From the NCBI GenBank assembly GCA_028534125.1, contig CM052838.1, forward strand, positions 62,992,001-63,056,000: a DNA stretch of 64,000 nt, read 5' to 3'. The notes under the pieces are model-generated. The model did not search any database and was not told the origin of the DNA. It worked only from the letters and a program-made list of their open reading frames with translations. Each line of letters opens with the position of its first letter. Position 1 is the stretch's first letter. Shown piece by piece: positions 1-12,799 of this stretch. The DNA is from Lama glama (Eukaryota). A program made the position numbers and the translations under genes.

Positions 1-3000
1 ACTGCCTGCACACACCCCAGCAGGCGAGGCAGATGGGGCCGAGAAGAAGAATAATTAGCCTCCGCATCACTGGGTTCAGGCTGATACTTGGAACCAAGTA
101 TGACATCAAGTCATTTCCAGGGGGACAGAAAATGTCACGAAGATGGGGATTCTGCGGAGGCTGCTGCTGGGAGCAAACAAGAGAAAGGTATTAACTCTTG
201 CAGAGGTGTGCGGCCCTGAAGGTGGTTTTTCTTAGCTACAGGCTGGAAACTGCTCCTTTCTGAGGCTGCCACCCTCAAAATCAGTCCCTGGGGGGCTCGG
301 GGAGCCCACCTCAGGCCTAAAGATTTGTTTTCCTTTTCTACAAAGTCTGCGATTTCAGCGTCTATTTGTGTCTGTTATGCAGAAAGACATTCCTGCCGGC
401 TGCAAAGGCCTGGGATCCCGGGCTTAGAAATGGAAATTTCCCCTTCTCCTCCAGCAGCCACCAGCCCAAGTGATCCCCGAGGGGGCTGTTGGAGCATGAG
501 GCCCCAAGACAGGAGGTCTGGCAAAGCACGGAAAGCGCGTCCTTGGAGTCTTGATCACGTAGCAGACACCGAGCTGCTGCTGGCATGGTTCTGACGTCCC
601 TGCTGACTGTGGGGAGACGCGCCCAGCCCCTCTGGCCGAGCATCCCCAGGGAAGGCACCCGGGTGGTCCCTGCTCCCCGGGCACTCAGCTCGACCCCCAG
701 GGGACCTGCTCCAGCAGCAGCGGCCCCCTTTCAGTCCCAGGGAGCAGCTGGGGAGTGGGCCGCCCGGCCCGGCCTGCGTGTGGGTCCTGACCTCACTCCT
801 GCTGGGGACACGTCCCCTTCCTCGGAACCACCAGCCTTTCAGGTTCATTCAGCTACAGACCTGTGTGTGTGTCAGGGAGAGAGCGCTCCAGCAAAACAAA
901 ACAAAACCCCGAACGGAGGCTGAATCTGCTCTTCAAAGTGTGGTTCCGATTTCCCGTTTGGTGGCTGCTCTGTAAGCTTCACTCTCAGCTGGGCCCCTGC
1001 CCTCGTGCGTCTGTGTCAGACTTTCCCCGCAGTTTGGGGGAGCTATGAATGCATCAATTGAGATAAACACCCTGTCGGGCTGACACATTTGGGAGGCTTA
1101 TTAAGGACTGGAAAGTGAGTGCTGCTTCAGAGTCTTCCCAGAGTGAGCCAAGCACTCCTTCCTTCCTTACGGAGAGGACCACAGAAACTTGGTGAAATTA
1201 TCCAAAACCCTCATCAAAGGAGCAGAAGCTTTCAGTCAGAAGCAGGATGCTGGGCAGGCAGGTGCTTAAAAGCGGCAGCTTTTAATGACTGGGACGGACC
1301 AGAACCCCCATCGCTCAGCTGGACAAAGCGACCAATTAACTATGTAAAGCCTGGCGATGGGGCCACCCCGCGCGGCTGCCGTGACTGCGATCTCAGGGCT
1401 CAGCCCCAAGTCCGTGTATCCAAATGTTGTAATATGTAGCTGTGTACATGCATTCGCAGTTTGTGCTGGGATAAAACAATATTTGATGCTTTTGGAGGCT
1501 GGGAAAATATTGACGGCAGGAGCTCTGTGATTTTAAAATTTCATTATAGAGGTTTCAGCTTTCTCTTCTCTTTCCCTAATCTTCTCTCCTTCTGCTCTGA
1601 AAAGCTGTACAAGACAATAATTCGGCAGAATGTACGGGCGTGGGTCCTCGGGAGCGCGGGGGCCCTGGGAGCCTCCTAGCAGGGGTGCAGGCAGCGGGGT
1701 GGGGCGGGGAGACCGCCTCATCAGACTCCGCCTGCGGGACCCCTCACAAGCGGGGCCTGGGCTCCACTGGCCTTGGTGACAGGACCAGCCTCCCTTCTTC
1801 CTGACCTTGCTCCTCAGTCACGGGGCCACCCAGGGGAAGGGCCGCATCTCACGTCCGCTCAGCCTGCCCACGTGCCCTCGGCTGGGCCGCGGAGGGTACC
1901 TGGGCTCCAGGGTGGCTCGGCCGCCAGGACTGTGGGGCCAACTCCTCCTCTCTTCTTGGTGCTCGTGAGGTCAGGACCTAGCGACTCTGGACTCAGGGCG
2001 TCAAGGTCTCAGAATGCAAACAGGTGAACGCACATTGGCCAGCGTCTCATTTGTCACCTGTCCAGCCCTCGCCCTGTCAGAGGGTGGCTGTGGCTACAGC
2101 ACAATTTCTGGGTCATTCCCTGAGGCCATGACTGAACGCCCAGAGAATTAGGGGACCCTCTCCCAATAGGTCGGCTGTGGAGTGTTTTGTGGGGAGCAGA
2201 GGGGGCCTATTTTTACAGCAGACTAGACAGGCCCCCCTGTCTCTTTGTGGGCCTCCCACCTGCTCTGTCCTCCTCTCCTGTCCCCTTCTCCATTTCTTCT
2301 TCTTCCCTCCTCACTAGAACCCGTGTCCTGACTTAGCATCCCCTAACTGGTACCTTCTGGAAGACTCCATCAGAGCTGGATGAAATTAAACCTTCTCCTA
2401 CAGTGATACATTTGTGATTTTTAAAAAGGGCTCTTTTCTATTAACAAAGAACACATAGTTATGTGGCCGTGGAGGGGAGGGGTGGAGAAGACTAGGGGTT
2501 GATGGCACAGCAATCAGGGACGATCGTAGCGGTTTCTGGGGCCGGGGAAGCCTGCCAGGGAGGGCTTTGCTGGTTCTGTGCTGTGACCCTCGGTAACTGG
2601 GGGCGTGTCTCCTTCCTCCTCCTGAGGCACTTCCCGCTAAGTGGGCTACACTCCATGGTAGTCAGTCCTCCTCGCTACTGTGGTTGCACAGCGGACCCTT
2701 TGGAGACTGAGATCCCAGATGGCTGCGGAAGTGTTATCCGATGTCCCAACACAGCCCCTGGTTCGTAGATGGAGGAGCCGCCCAAGTGGGTCCTTGATTC
2801 CCGGCAGGGACAGCTGTGGAGTCTGCACCAGCTCCAGAGGTGCGTTTGCCCTGCATGGCCTGTGTTAGAGCCAGATTCTTCTCCATCCCTAACACATGTA
2901 ACCTGCTTTGTCAACGCAGAGGGTAGGGTTGGAAAAGGACCTGTATAACCAAGAGATGGTGAGGAGCGTTCAGGGGGCTCACTCACCCCTGGGCTTCTTC

Positions 3001-3139
3001 CCCCAAGACCGGGCGGTGGAGGGACGAGGGGGCTTAAGTGCAACCACGGCTGATGGAAGTTCTCTCTCTGAGTAACTTAACTTGGTCACGACGCGTGCTC
3101 ACAGGGCTGCTCCTCTGCAGGGCCGGTCAAGAGTCTGCG

Positions 3140-3250
3140 TAACTGAGGACAGGCACTGTCTTCTCCACATACACCCAGCGCCAAGAACAGTGCCATGTAC
3201 ATGGCCAACAATGACGACCAAAGGCCGGCCAGCAGACGGGCGGATGCGGA
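3140..3250 (+). mobile_element. L2 LINE 3' end fragment (degenerate)
   Basis: gaggacaggcactgtc...cccagcgccaagaacagtgccatgtacat resembles the L2 terminus (gagggcagggact...ccccagcgcctagcacagtgcctggcacat). Confidence 0.55.
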
Positions 3251-3494
3251 ACCTGTGCATCGACTTCTCAAGGTCATTCAATCACACCACAGCTATGCTC
3301 TGACAGTAGGTCCAGTCAAGACATGTGTTTATTTTCATCAGATTGGAAAATACCCATCTAGAAGGTTGGTAAAGCACGTACCCACACAGTCAGCGTGAAG
3401 GATAAAGATGGCGGCGTCAAGAGCAATGAGCGTTTCCGTGATGCGCTCGTGTCAGTGGCCGTCACGACAGTCCTGCCGGGTCGCTCATGGCATC

Positions 3495-3620
3495 AGACCT
3501 GTTTTGCAAGTGAAGACAGTTGCATTCAAGATATTAAGTGGCTTGTCCAAGGCCACAGAGCCAACACGCAGTGGGGCTGGTCCTTCACACGATCTGCATT
3601 TGTTCAAACTCCAGTTCTCT
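3495..3620 (-). mobile_element. MIR SINE fragment
   Basis: cctgttttgcaagtgaagaca...ttaagtggcttgtccaaggccacagagc matches the reverse MIR core (cccattttacagatgaggaaactgag...ttaagtaacttgcccaaggtcacacagc). Confidence 0.7.
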
Positions 3621-3794
3621 GCAAGGCGCTGTGCAGAGCACCCAGGGGATATGGAAATGCTGATGGAGCTCAACTTCTTTCTGCCCTCTCCCTCGTCCTC
3701 ACAGGTTCCTCTACAGTCCCCGGGAATGGACTCAAGGCCCCTGACCAGACAGGTCGCCCACAAAGAGCAGATTTCCTTTTATAAATAAAAAAAA

Positions 3795-4193
3795 TTTTGT
3801 TGAAGTATAGTCAATTTACATCGTTGTGTTAGTTTCAGGTGTACAGCAAAGTGATTCAGTTACACATACATAAATATATACATACTCTTTTTCAGATTCT
3901 TTTCCATTATAGTTTATTATAAGATATTGAATATAGTTCCCTATGCTCTACAGAAGGTCCTTATTGTTCAGCTAGTTTATGTATAGTAGTGTGTATCTGG
4001 GAATCCCAAACTTCTAATTTATTCCTACCCCCACTCCCTTTGGTAACCTAAGATTATTTTCTATGTCTGTGAATCTGTTTCTGTTTTGTAAATAAGTTCA
4101 TTTGTGTCATTTTTTAGATTCCACAAATAAGCGATATACGCTACGTGTCTTGCTCTGTCCGACCTCCTTCACTTAGTAGGAGCATCTCTAGGT
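3795..4193 (-). mobile_element. 5'-truncated L1 3' end, cetartiodactyl-type; youngest-looking repeat in the window
   Basis: ttgaagtatagtcaatttaca...tttcaggtgtacagcaaagtgattcagtta...ttttccattatag...aagatattgaatatagttccct...tttggtaacc...gtaaataagttcatttgtgtcattttttagattccaca is the characteristic reverse L1 3' UTR of pig/camelid/cetacean genomes as I recall it. Confidence 0.9.
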
Positions 4194-4609
4194 AAGGATG
4201 CGTCTCTTCACTGGCCCCTCTGATCCCTGGGGCACCCCTCTGGATGCTGGCAGCTCCTGGTCCAGCTGCTGCATCCGACCTCCCAGAGGGGTCTGTGCGG
4301 TGGGGATGGTCACGTACAGGTTCCTCCTGTTCTCACGGAGGCCTCCTGGAGGCCGGTGGGGGCCCAGGTCCACGTCCAGGTCTGGTTCCAGCAGTGCCGC
4401 TGATTTAAGTGCGGTGGAAATCTCTCCCCAACCTACACTGCAGACTGTATTTTATAAGAAATCTTTTTGTTCTTTGCAGTATTTATTATTTAGTCATTCT
4501 CACGGACGATTGGAGCTTTCGGCTCTAATTTACTTTTCTTCTTGACTTCTTTAGCGGGAGCAGGCTGACTAGAGAAATGCCCTTTTGTCTATTCAGTTAA
4601 TGAAACTGT

Positions 4610-4720
4610 CTGCTCATGAGTTAGAACCCCAGCTCCTCGAAGGAAGGGTCCTGTTCGTCATCTTTGTCCCTGATACACACTCCCCGGGGACCCCCAATGC
4701 ACGTCTGTGGGTGAGCTTGG
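4610..4720 (+). mobile_element. L2 3' end fragment
   Basis: tagaaccccagctcctcgaaggaagggtcctgttcgtcatctttgtccct resembles L2 'tagaatgtaagctccatgagggcagggact'. Confidence 0.45.
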
Positions 4721-4803
4721 TGCTCTGGACGCCGAAGCAAACAGCTGGGGCTGTGCCACCAGCCCATCTTCAGAGGGGCCGCCCAAGGGCCGCGCTGCTG
4801 TCC

Positions 4804-5303
4804 NNNNNNNNNNNNNNNNNNNNNNNNNNNNNNNNNNNNNNNNNNNNNNNNNNNNNNNNNNNNNNNNNNNNNNNNNNNNNNNNNNNNNNNNNNNNNNNNN
4901 NNNNNNNNNNNNNNNNNNNNNNNNNNNNNNNNNNNNNNNNNNNNNNNNNNNNNNNNNNNNNNNNNNNNNNNNNNNNNNNNNNNNNNNNNNNNNNNNNNNN
5001 NNNNNNNNNNNNNNNNNNNNNNNNNNNNNNNNNNNNNNNNNNNNNNNNNNNNNNNNNNNNNNNNNNNNNNNNNNNNNNNNNNNNNNNNNNNNNNNNNNNN
5101 NNNNNNNNNNNNNNNNNNNNNNNNNNNNNNNNNNNNNNNNNNNNNNNNNNNNNNNNNNNNNNNNNNNNNNNNNNNNNNNNNNNNNNNNNNNNNNNNNNNN
5201 NNNNNNNNNNNNNNNNNNNNNNNNNNNNNNNNNNNNNNNNNNNNNNNNNNNNNNNNNNNNNNNNNNNNNNNNNNNNNNNNNNNNNNNNNNNNNNNNNNNN
5301 NNN
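4804..5303. other. Assembly gap (500 N)
   Basis: Run of exactly 500 N with GC-rich flanks; the round number suggests a placeholder length. Confidence 0.98.
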
Positions 5304-5367
5304 GGCGTCTGCAGCTGGAACGGCCTTCTCATCCCTGCGGTTCCCCGGGTCACAGCTTGGCCCGGCT

Positions 5368-5550
5368 CCAGTGTAGCTGTCGAGGGCGCGCCTGGGCAGC
5401 TAGGCCAGCGTGAGTTAAAATCCCAGCTCTGCTCCCAGCCTTGGGAAACCCACGCAGCCTGTGAGCTCAGCACCCTCATCTGCGAAGTGGGGTGACTGTG
5501 TCACCCCCACGAGGTGGTGTGAAGGTGAACGGGCGGTGCCTGGCGTCCCC
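5368..5550 (+). mobile_element. MIR SINE
   Basis: gagttaaaatcccagctctgc...ccttggga...ctcagcaccctcatctgcgaagtgggg...gtggtgtgaagg...gtgcctggc follows the MIR consensus order. Confidence 0.75.
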
Positions 5551-5989
5551 ACGGCTGTGGTGGGAGTTACTGCCCGGCACGGAGCAGGCTGTGAAGGGAG
5601 GAGGCGGGAAGCTGCTGAGCTTCCAGAAAGACTCCCCCCGCCCGCCGCCGGCCACCATCTCTCACAGGGTGGAGGTGGGGACAGGGTCCACGGGGACCTC
5701 CCTCTGCGTGACTATTCATGTCGCTTCCTCTGCCCCCTTTACAGTGACTCCTGGATATGAGGGCGAATGTGCCTGAGCTGAGAATTGAGGACTCACTGGC
5801 CTTTGCTTCAGGGAAGATCTCATTTGGAGGCTCGGATCAGCGGGGCCCCCCCCAGGGAGCTGGGCCTCCGTGCCCCGTTGTACTTGGGCTGGAGGACCCC
5901 AGCTGACTGAGAGTTAGAGATGACACCGTGGACCTGAGAGCTGGCTCCAGAGAGAGCCTGGCGAGGGGCTGGTGGCTGAGTCTATGCAC

Positions 5990-6340
5990 AGCCGTGTGTA
6001 ATTACACTCTTGCTTCAGTAACCGTAATGCTGTATTTTTTCTATAGAAAAGGCCATAAAACAACAATGGTAATAATAACTCTGCTTGTTTGACAAACAGA
6101 GGACAGTGTGCTTTTCTGTTCGGAGTTTTGTGGTGTAAACACTGCCATCCTTGCTTCTCCTGTCACCTAACTTTGACTGTAGTAACACTGTTCTCTCGGA
6201 GGTGTCTCGTCAACTGCCCCTCGCTCCCCAGGCCAGCCACGGGGCCCGCTGCAGCGCGCCGAGAGCCCGGATCCGAGGAGGCGGGGGATGTTTTATGGCC
6301 AGGTTGAAAATGTTGTTGCTGCAGCTATTAATTAAGAAGT
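5990..6340. promoter_or_regulatory. Candidate enhancer (CDX/posterior-HOX, SOX and homeodomain motifs)
   Basis: Unique AT-rich island. Palindrome GTGTAATTACAC at 5996-6007, GGCCATAAAACA at 6051-6062 and its exact reverse complement at 6289-6300, AACAATGG near 6062, ATTAATTAA near 6327. Confidence 0.35.
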
Positions 6341-7542
6341 GAAATTGCTCCCATACTGGGTGTCGGTGTCCTACGCATGGCTGAAGCATTCGTCTGAAAT
6401 GCATTCCTCAGCCGGTGCAGCGGCTCCACGCTCTAGACCACGTGGAGGGCCGGTCAGGATGAGGGACCTGGAGCCTGAAGAAGACGGTGAATGGGCAGGA
6501 AACGGATGTGAGTGGTGTCTTCACAGAGGATGGAGTTGCTGGCTTCTGGGTGCCTTGTGGATGCCCCCGGGTGGGAAGAAGGGTCAGCGTTTCTGGAACT
6601 GGGGTGCTCTGGGCATCCAGCTCAGGACACCAGCTCAGCCCCCAGGGGTCCTGGGCCAGTGTGGTTCCGGGGCCCTGAGCCCATTTCCAGCCCACTGTCC
6701 ACAGCCAAGCTGTCTGATTGCTTTTCGAGCTGACCTTCAACATGCATAAAATCTCACTTTTCCTGAGCTTCCAGCCCTGCCATCAACTTAGCCCTGGTTT
6801 AGAAGCAGGCGCTTATAAGCAGCAGGAAGCTGCCTTCCTAAGGAGTCTGGAGAGTGAGTCCTTGTGGAAAATCAGCTATTCTCTCCAGCAGCCGGGTAAG
6901 GGCATCAGCCCTGAAGAGCATCCTGTGCGTCAGGTCGGGTTTGCCCACGTCCAGGTGGGGAGCTGGTTAGTCACGTGGTTCGTCAAACGCTGGGCAAACC
7001 GTTCTGTCCTGCAGAAGAGCTTGGTTGCACCTCCCACACCTCCCTCACAAGGCAGCCTCAAGTGAAATGATAATGGATCAGGGTGCTTGGAACCCCCTTG
7101 CTCAGCCTCTGGGCCGGGGACCGAGTGGCCCTGGGAGTGGGAGGAGGTTTGTTTTGGTTTTGGCTACAGCAAAAGTCCCCTCCCCTGTCTGGATCATCCC
7201 GGTGGGGCGCCAGTGTGCTGAGCATTCCAGGTGTGGCTGCGTCTCCCGGAAGGCTGAGTCCTTGTCTGGAACACCAGCACCTCGCTGCCTCTCGGAGTGA
7301 GCGCTGGCTGTCTCTGCAGATGCCTTTCGGAGTCCGTCCTTGCTGAAGCCTTTCTGGACATCTCGAGGCTCTGCCTTCTGCGCCTGCTGCCACCTGCTTC
7401 TCTCGGAGCCCTGAGCATCTGATCAGCTGCGTGGCCACCTCCATCCCTGGAAAGGGGTTTTCGGAAAAGCAAGAGCATGTCTGTCTTGTTCCCCAGTCTG
7501 TCCTCACAGCCTGACTCCCAGCAGTACGTTAATTACAGTAGT

Positions 7543-7805
7543 TTATTATATTAGTAACGTATTTGAACTGGCATCTCTCAGTCATAGAAGTGTCAGACAC
7601 TGTGCTAAGAATTTTATGCCCAGTTCTTCATTTATCCCCACCCCCTACTTCATAACTTCAGTGTCCCGACGTCCCCATCATCCTTCCTCTTATGGTGAGG
7701 AAGTCAGAATCTACACTGAGGAGGCAAAGAACCTGTACCGAGGAGGAGGCAGAGCGAGAAGGGGATGGAGCTGGAGTCTGAACCCTGGCAGGCTGGCTGT
7801 CGGCC
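7543..7805 (-). mobile_element. MIR SINE
   Basis: gtgtcagacactgtgctaagaatttta...tcttcatttatccccac...ggtgaggaag...ggagctggagtctgaaccctggcaggctggct matches reverse MIR. Confidence 0.7.
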
Positions 7806-9504
7806 ACGTGTGACTGAAGTCAGTGAGCCCGCAGTAGGTGTGGGGGCCTGTGAGCACAGGAATGAGTGGACAGAAGGATGCTATCAGCCAGGAATGCAGC
7901 AAATGGGGATGCACTCGGGCCCCCGTGGCCCAAAGCCCAGCAAAATTGCCTTGCCCGGTGGGGCTTTCTGAGGCCAGAGCGGGCAGCTGGCCACCTGTCC
8001 TTCTGTGTTACTTGATGGGGAGCACTGTCACTGCAGCCCTGGTGAATCTGGAGGAGACTCGGAGGCCAGCATCTGCTCCTTCTGTGAGAGCCCAACTCAC
8101 CAGAGCCCTGGGTACCCCAGGGACAGCCCCGAGCCTCGACATCCCTGTGTCCCCTCACGATGACCGCCCACCGGTGCCCCCAGCCAGGCCGCAGCGAGCT
8201 TTCCAAATGGGCTGGCTAATCGGCCCGCATCTATTATCATTAGCGCCTCTGCGCACGCAGGTACAGGAGGGGCTGCCAGGCGCCGGCTGCGGCTCGCTGA
8301 GCCAGGGGCCACGCTCCACTGCAAATGAGGATGAGGAACACCTGCTCCAGGGCTCGCAGGCCGCCGTAGCCATCCTTCACATCTCATGCAACACTTGTTC
8401 TGTCGGAGCGCGGGGCTGGCACGGGCGGGAGCAGCCTTCTGCCAGCTCGGCCCGCGCCCTCTTCCCTCCCTGTGGTCCTTTGCGCAAGTTCAGCTTTGAA
8501 TGGCTTTTCAAAGGAGCCTTTTAAAAATGTGTTCGTTTCGTATTAGCCATTCAGTCATTATGTTAAGAGTTTAAAAATGAAGATTTTAAAAAGAAAACCA
8601 CCTGCCTCAAAAATGAACTTTTTTGGCAACTAGGACGGAGTCTTGACATACTGATTGTCTAGTGATTGTACCCATCCCCCATCACAGTGTTGGGAACGTG
8701 TTTTCCCAGGATTTGGGGGAATGGGTGGAGAAGGACCCACAGTTTACGGCTGTGGGCGGGCCAGGAATCTCTTTCTGGGCGTGCACGATGTCTGTATCTT
8801 CGGGGAGGCTCACGTTTTCTAGACAAAGGCCAGCATCCTGAGCATCCTCGGCGGCCGCTGACCTCACCCACCATCAATTCCATCGCCAGGGAGCCCTTTG
8901 AGTTTCCTTGGCCTGTTTCTGCCCATCTGTGCGGAAACCTCAAAACCACCCACACACACATTTATTTTTTTTCTGCTAGTTTAAGAGTCTTTGTGCCTTT
9001 GTGCCTGTGATCCAAAAATCCCCAAGCTCCTGTCAAGTTTATTATTGCTCACCTGGATTCTTACCTCGGCCCTGGCTGGCATCTGGGGACTGGGGCCCTT
9101 TCTGACAGCTCTGAAAACAGTCCTTTAGTTTCCGCAAAAATCTTGTGGAGGGAAAGAGGCCAGCTCCCCTCTGAAGAAGGTAAGACTTTGGGACCCAGAA
9201 AGACAGAACATGCAGGTCCAGGAGAACCAATCTCCCATGGCTGACGCCACTGTTTACCCTTTCCGCCTCCAGAGACACCTCAGGGGGGAGCCACCCACCC
9301 CCACCTGCATCGCCCTGTGATGACCCTCTCCTGCCTCGCTGTCTTCCCGCAGGCAGAGGCACCTGCCTGCCCAGGGCTGTCTCTTGGGCATCTCTGTCCG
9401 CTCCCCCTTAATCCCCAAACACACTGCACCCTCTTGGAGATCAGGACCCAAACTTACAGCCTGGGCTTCTCAGCCCCTTTCACAGGCACACTCAGGGGCT
9501 CGGT

Positions 9505-9772
9505 GGTGGCAAACACAGTGCTGACACGGGGACTTCGGGTCTGGCAGAGGACCGAGCCCAGGTTCGGGTGTCAGCAGACCTCAGCTAACTTGCAGTTTTG
9601 ATGTTATTTTCCTGGCTGTGTTTTCTCAGGTGAGGTACCTGCCCTCTCTGGGTTTGGTTTCTCCACTTGTAAATGGAGATACTGATGCCTTCCTCTTAAG
9701 GATATTGTGAAGATCTAACAGGTCAGAGAAGCAAAGGGCACGGTAAACACTCAATAAACAGGAGCTTTTATT
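9505..9772 (+). mobile_element. MIR SINE
   Basis: cctctctgggtttggtttctccacttgtaaatggagatactgatgccttcctcttaaggatattgtgaagat...ggcacggtaaacactcaataaa matches the MIR core and tail. Confidence 0.8.
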
Positions 9773-11857
9773 CCTTTAGAGGTGAGCTGCCTCTTGCTGC
9801 CTCTGCTCATTAGACCTGTTTCAAGAAACAAGCTGACATCAGTCATTTACACTTTAGCATAAATTTAAGAGGAAACATATCTTGAATGGGAATTTGAAGC
9901 CTGAGATTGCTCTAGCTGAGCATACAAGATTGTTTTGTCTTGTGGAGGGGGGAAGCTTCCTAGGCAGAGGGGTTCCTGGGGGTGGCAGTAGGGGTCACAA
10001 CCCACCACTCAGGCTAGGGTTTGAATGAACTGCAAGAGATTGCCTGAGGAGTAAAGGGAAACTTGAAGACGCCTAGGGGTGATGACAGGGGACTTTCAGG
10101 AAGGATTTCAGAGGTGAGGGGTCTTTAAGGGAGAGTTTCCATTGTCCTCCCTGTCCGTCCAGTGGCTCCAGGCTTTCTTCTGACACCCCCATGCCCAGTT
10201 CTCCATGGGTTTCCCTCCCTTCTGTCCCCAGTGTTGTCTGTCCCAATTAGCTCCATGATTTAGTTCCCGTTTCCTGCTCTGACTTGGAAAAGATCAGATT
10301 CACTCTATGAGTAAAATTCTGTAACCTTTTGAAAACGACCTGGTAAATATTTGGATGAGGAACAGCCTGACGGCAATGGTCCTGACTGTGAGCGTGGGGG
10401 CCCCTGGGGTGGGTGTGCACGTGTGTGTGGGCTCGAGAAAGAAGTGTGAAGACTCCAGCGATGTCTTCCCACCAATGACTGAAGCCTTTCTCTGACTTTT
10501 CAGGTGTATTGTCCAGTGTTTAAAGAAAGAGCGTGTTCCCGTCACTGTCCTTGGCTGTACCGCTTTGCGAGTAGGTCACCTTTTTCCCTCTGTCCTCGTC
10601 ACCGTAGCAGGAGCTGGGTGCTTGCTTGGGGAAGCAGCGATTGGAGGAGGCTGCAAGGTTACAGGCGACAGTCTTGTCCTAAGGTAAAGAGTGAGACATC
10701 AGTAGGTTTTTCCCCGAGATGTGTGCTCACCTTTAGCCCCAAGCTCCGTGTGGAGACAAGCAAGGTAAAAAGGCAAAGAGAATTTTGATTCTACCAAAAA
10801 CCTTTGGATATTTAGCGGTATGGCTTGTTCTTGGAAGTCTTGACTTGGTCAGGAAGAGCCCAGCTTCTCCTAGTGTCCCGGAGAGAGGGTGACACGCAGA
10901 CCACGCTCTGCGTGTGCATCTGGGGAGCGAATCGTCCTGCGTGGCCTGCTCCTCCAGCAGAAATGGGGAGCCTCCCTCCCGCGGAGCTCTGTGCCCATTT
11001 CTGGAGGCCATCGGGGGAGATGGGCTGACGCAGCACAGGAGCGACTGGAACCTTCCGGGCCTTTGCCAGTCAAGGCCAAACCTGAGTGGTTCTCTGCCAT
11101 GGTCAGCGGTCCCCCGGACCTGTGTGCGGGACCCATCTGCCTGCTGTGAGGATTTGAGTGGCCTTCCCAGGCTGTGTTCATAGGACAAGGCCACTGGGTC
11201 CCGTCAGTGGGTGAATGGTGACGCAAGCTCCACTCTGGCTTTCGTGTGTTGGCGAATGAAGCCACTGAATTTTTGTTCAGACACAGGATTTTGTCTTCTA
11301 GTATCCATTCTACTAGTTAGTGTTTTCCCGCTGCACCATCTTGTCGTGTGTGTGTGGGCGTGTGCATGCGTGTGGGCAGTGAGGATTCCTAAAGTGGTCG
11401 TAAGAAAATGCAGCCCCTTTGTAAAGACGCCGAGGGAAATGAGCTCCCTCTCGGCCCACAGAGCTCCCCTCCTGCCTCGGCCTGCGGTGGGTCCAGCCTG
11501 GGCCGCTGTCCTCCGCCTGGTTCTGCAGGGTCTCGTGTCGCTGAAGACGTACAGGCGGGGGAGGAGTCGGGATGAATCCCATCTTGGAGATGACAGCACA
11601 GAGCCTCAGAGGCAGGATCCAGACCCAGACCCAAGTCTCCCCACCTTCCATCGTGTCTCCTGTGGGACTGCACAGACGATAATGGAGCTTCTTTACCCCC
11701 AGCAGCAGTGGCCTTGACGTCTTCTCACTGGAACCAGCTTGGTGATGAGACCCCAGACCTGCCTGGCCGTGGAGCCGCCTCCTCTCGCCCAGCCAGGACT
11801 CCACACAGGGGGGCAGGTCCACACTCCCCTCCTTGGAGGACGAGCACATGATCGCAG

Positions 11858-12078
11858 CAGTGATAACGGCCACTTACTCACTGTGCTCCGAGCGCTGCGT
11901 AGCACTGTCTGCTTTGATCCCCGCCACTGTCTGGTAAGGTGGCTTCATCTGCACTCGCATTTGACAGATCAGTAAACCGAGGCACGTGAGGAGCAGGGGC
12001 TTGCCTGGGGTGGCACAGCCGTGTGTCACAGCCAGGACTGGAATGCTGGCAGACTGGTTCCAGGCCCCACTCTCACTG
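11858..12078 (-). mobile_element. MIR SINE
   Basis: cgcatttgacagatcagtaaaccgaggcac...gcttgcctggggtggcacagcc...agccaggactggaa matches the reverse MIR core. Confidence 0.75.
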
Positions 12079-12799
12079 TTGGGCTGGGCTCTCCCCGCAG
12101 GAGGGAGCCCAGGGTGTCAGCAGTTACCTCCCGGGCTGCCCTGTTTCAGATGCATTTTCATTTAATGCGACATCTCCTCTCCTTTGAAAAATCATGTTTC
12201 TAAGGCCATGCTTTGAAAGCAGTGAAGAATCCCGGGCTCTTTGGAAGCCAAAGTCCTTCAGCCGAGCAAACCACCAAGTGAGTAGTCCCGACACTGCAAG
12301 AAGGCCATGGGGCAGGTGGCCTGAGCGCAGTAGACGGGGCCAGACACCCCCCGCCCCAGCCTGAGAGGCTCTCTTCCTGGAAGTCTGCCTCCTGTCACCA
12401 CCCCCGCCACCCCCTTTCTCCAGCCCGGTTTCTTTCTCTACCAGAATCTAAGACGAAAAGGAAGGTGACACAGGAAGCTGGAAACAGGCTTGCTCCTCAC
12501 TCCCCTAAGCGTTTCCACAGAGGGGGCTTGTCAGGCTGTCTGGTACAGACTGGACTTTCTGAGGGTTTCTTTTCCCAAAAGAGTTGTGGGGAGAGAGAGG
12601 AGGAGCTGGGAGGGTCGGGAGGGCAAGGCGGGGCTCCAGGTCCCGCAGTAATCCGACTGCACTTAACCCGGCGTTTCTGCCCTGGCCTGGGAGCTGGGGG
12701 CATGCGGGCCCTCTGTCTAGCTGGCAGCTCCTCCCAGAGCCCCCGGGAGCCCTCTGGCCGGTCCAGGGGGCGCAGGCCGCCGGGCTTCGCGTTTCTCAG

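Noticed and set aside
4188-4400. Minus-strand reading frame DLGPHRPPGGLRENRRNLYVTIPT...
   Set aside because: It looks protein-like, but the acceptor is weak, it ends at the L1 boundary, and I recognise no homolog.
4585-5495. 260-270 aa ORFs
   Set aside because: They are artefacts of reading through the 500-N gap; the same applies to ORFs across the other N-runs.
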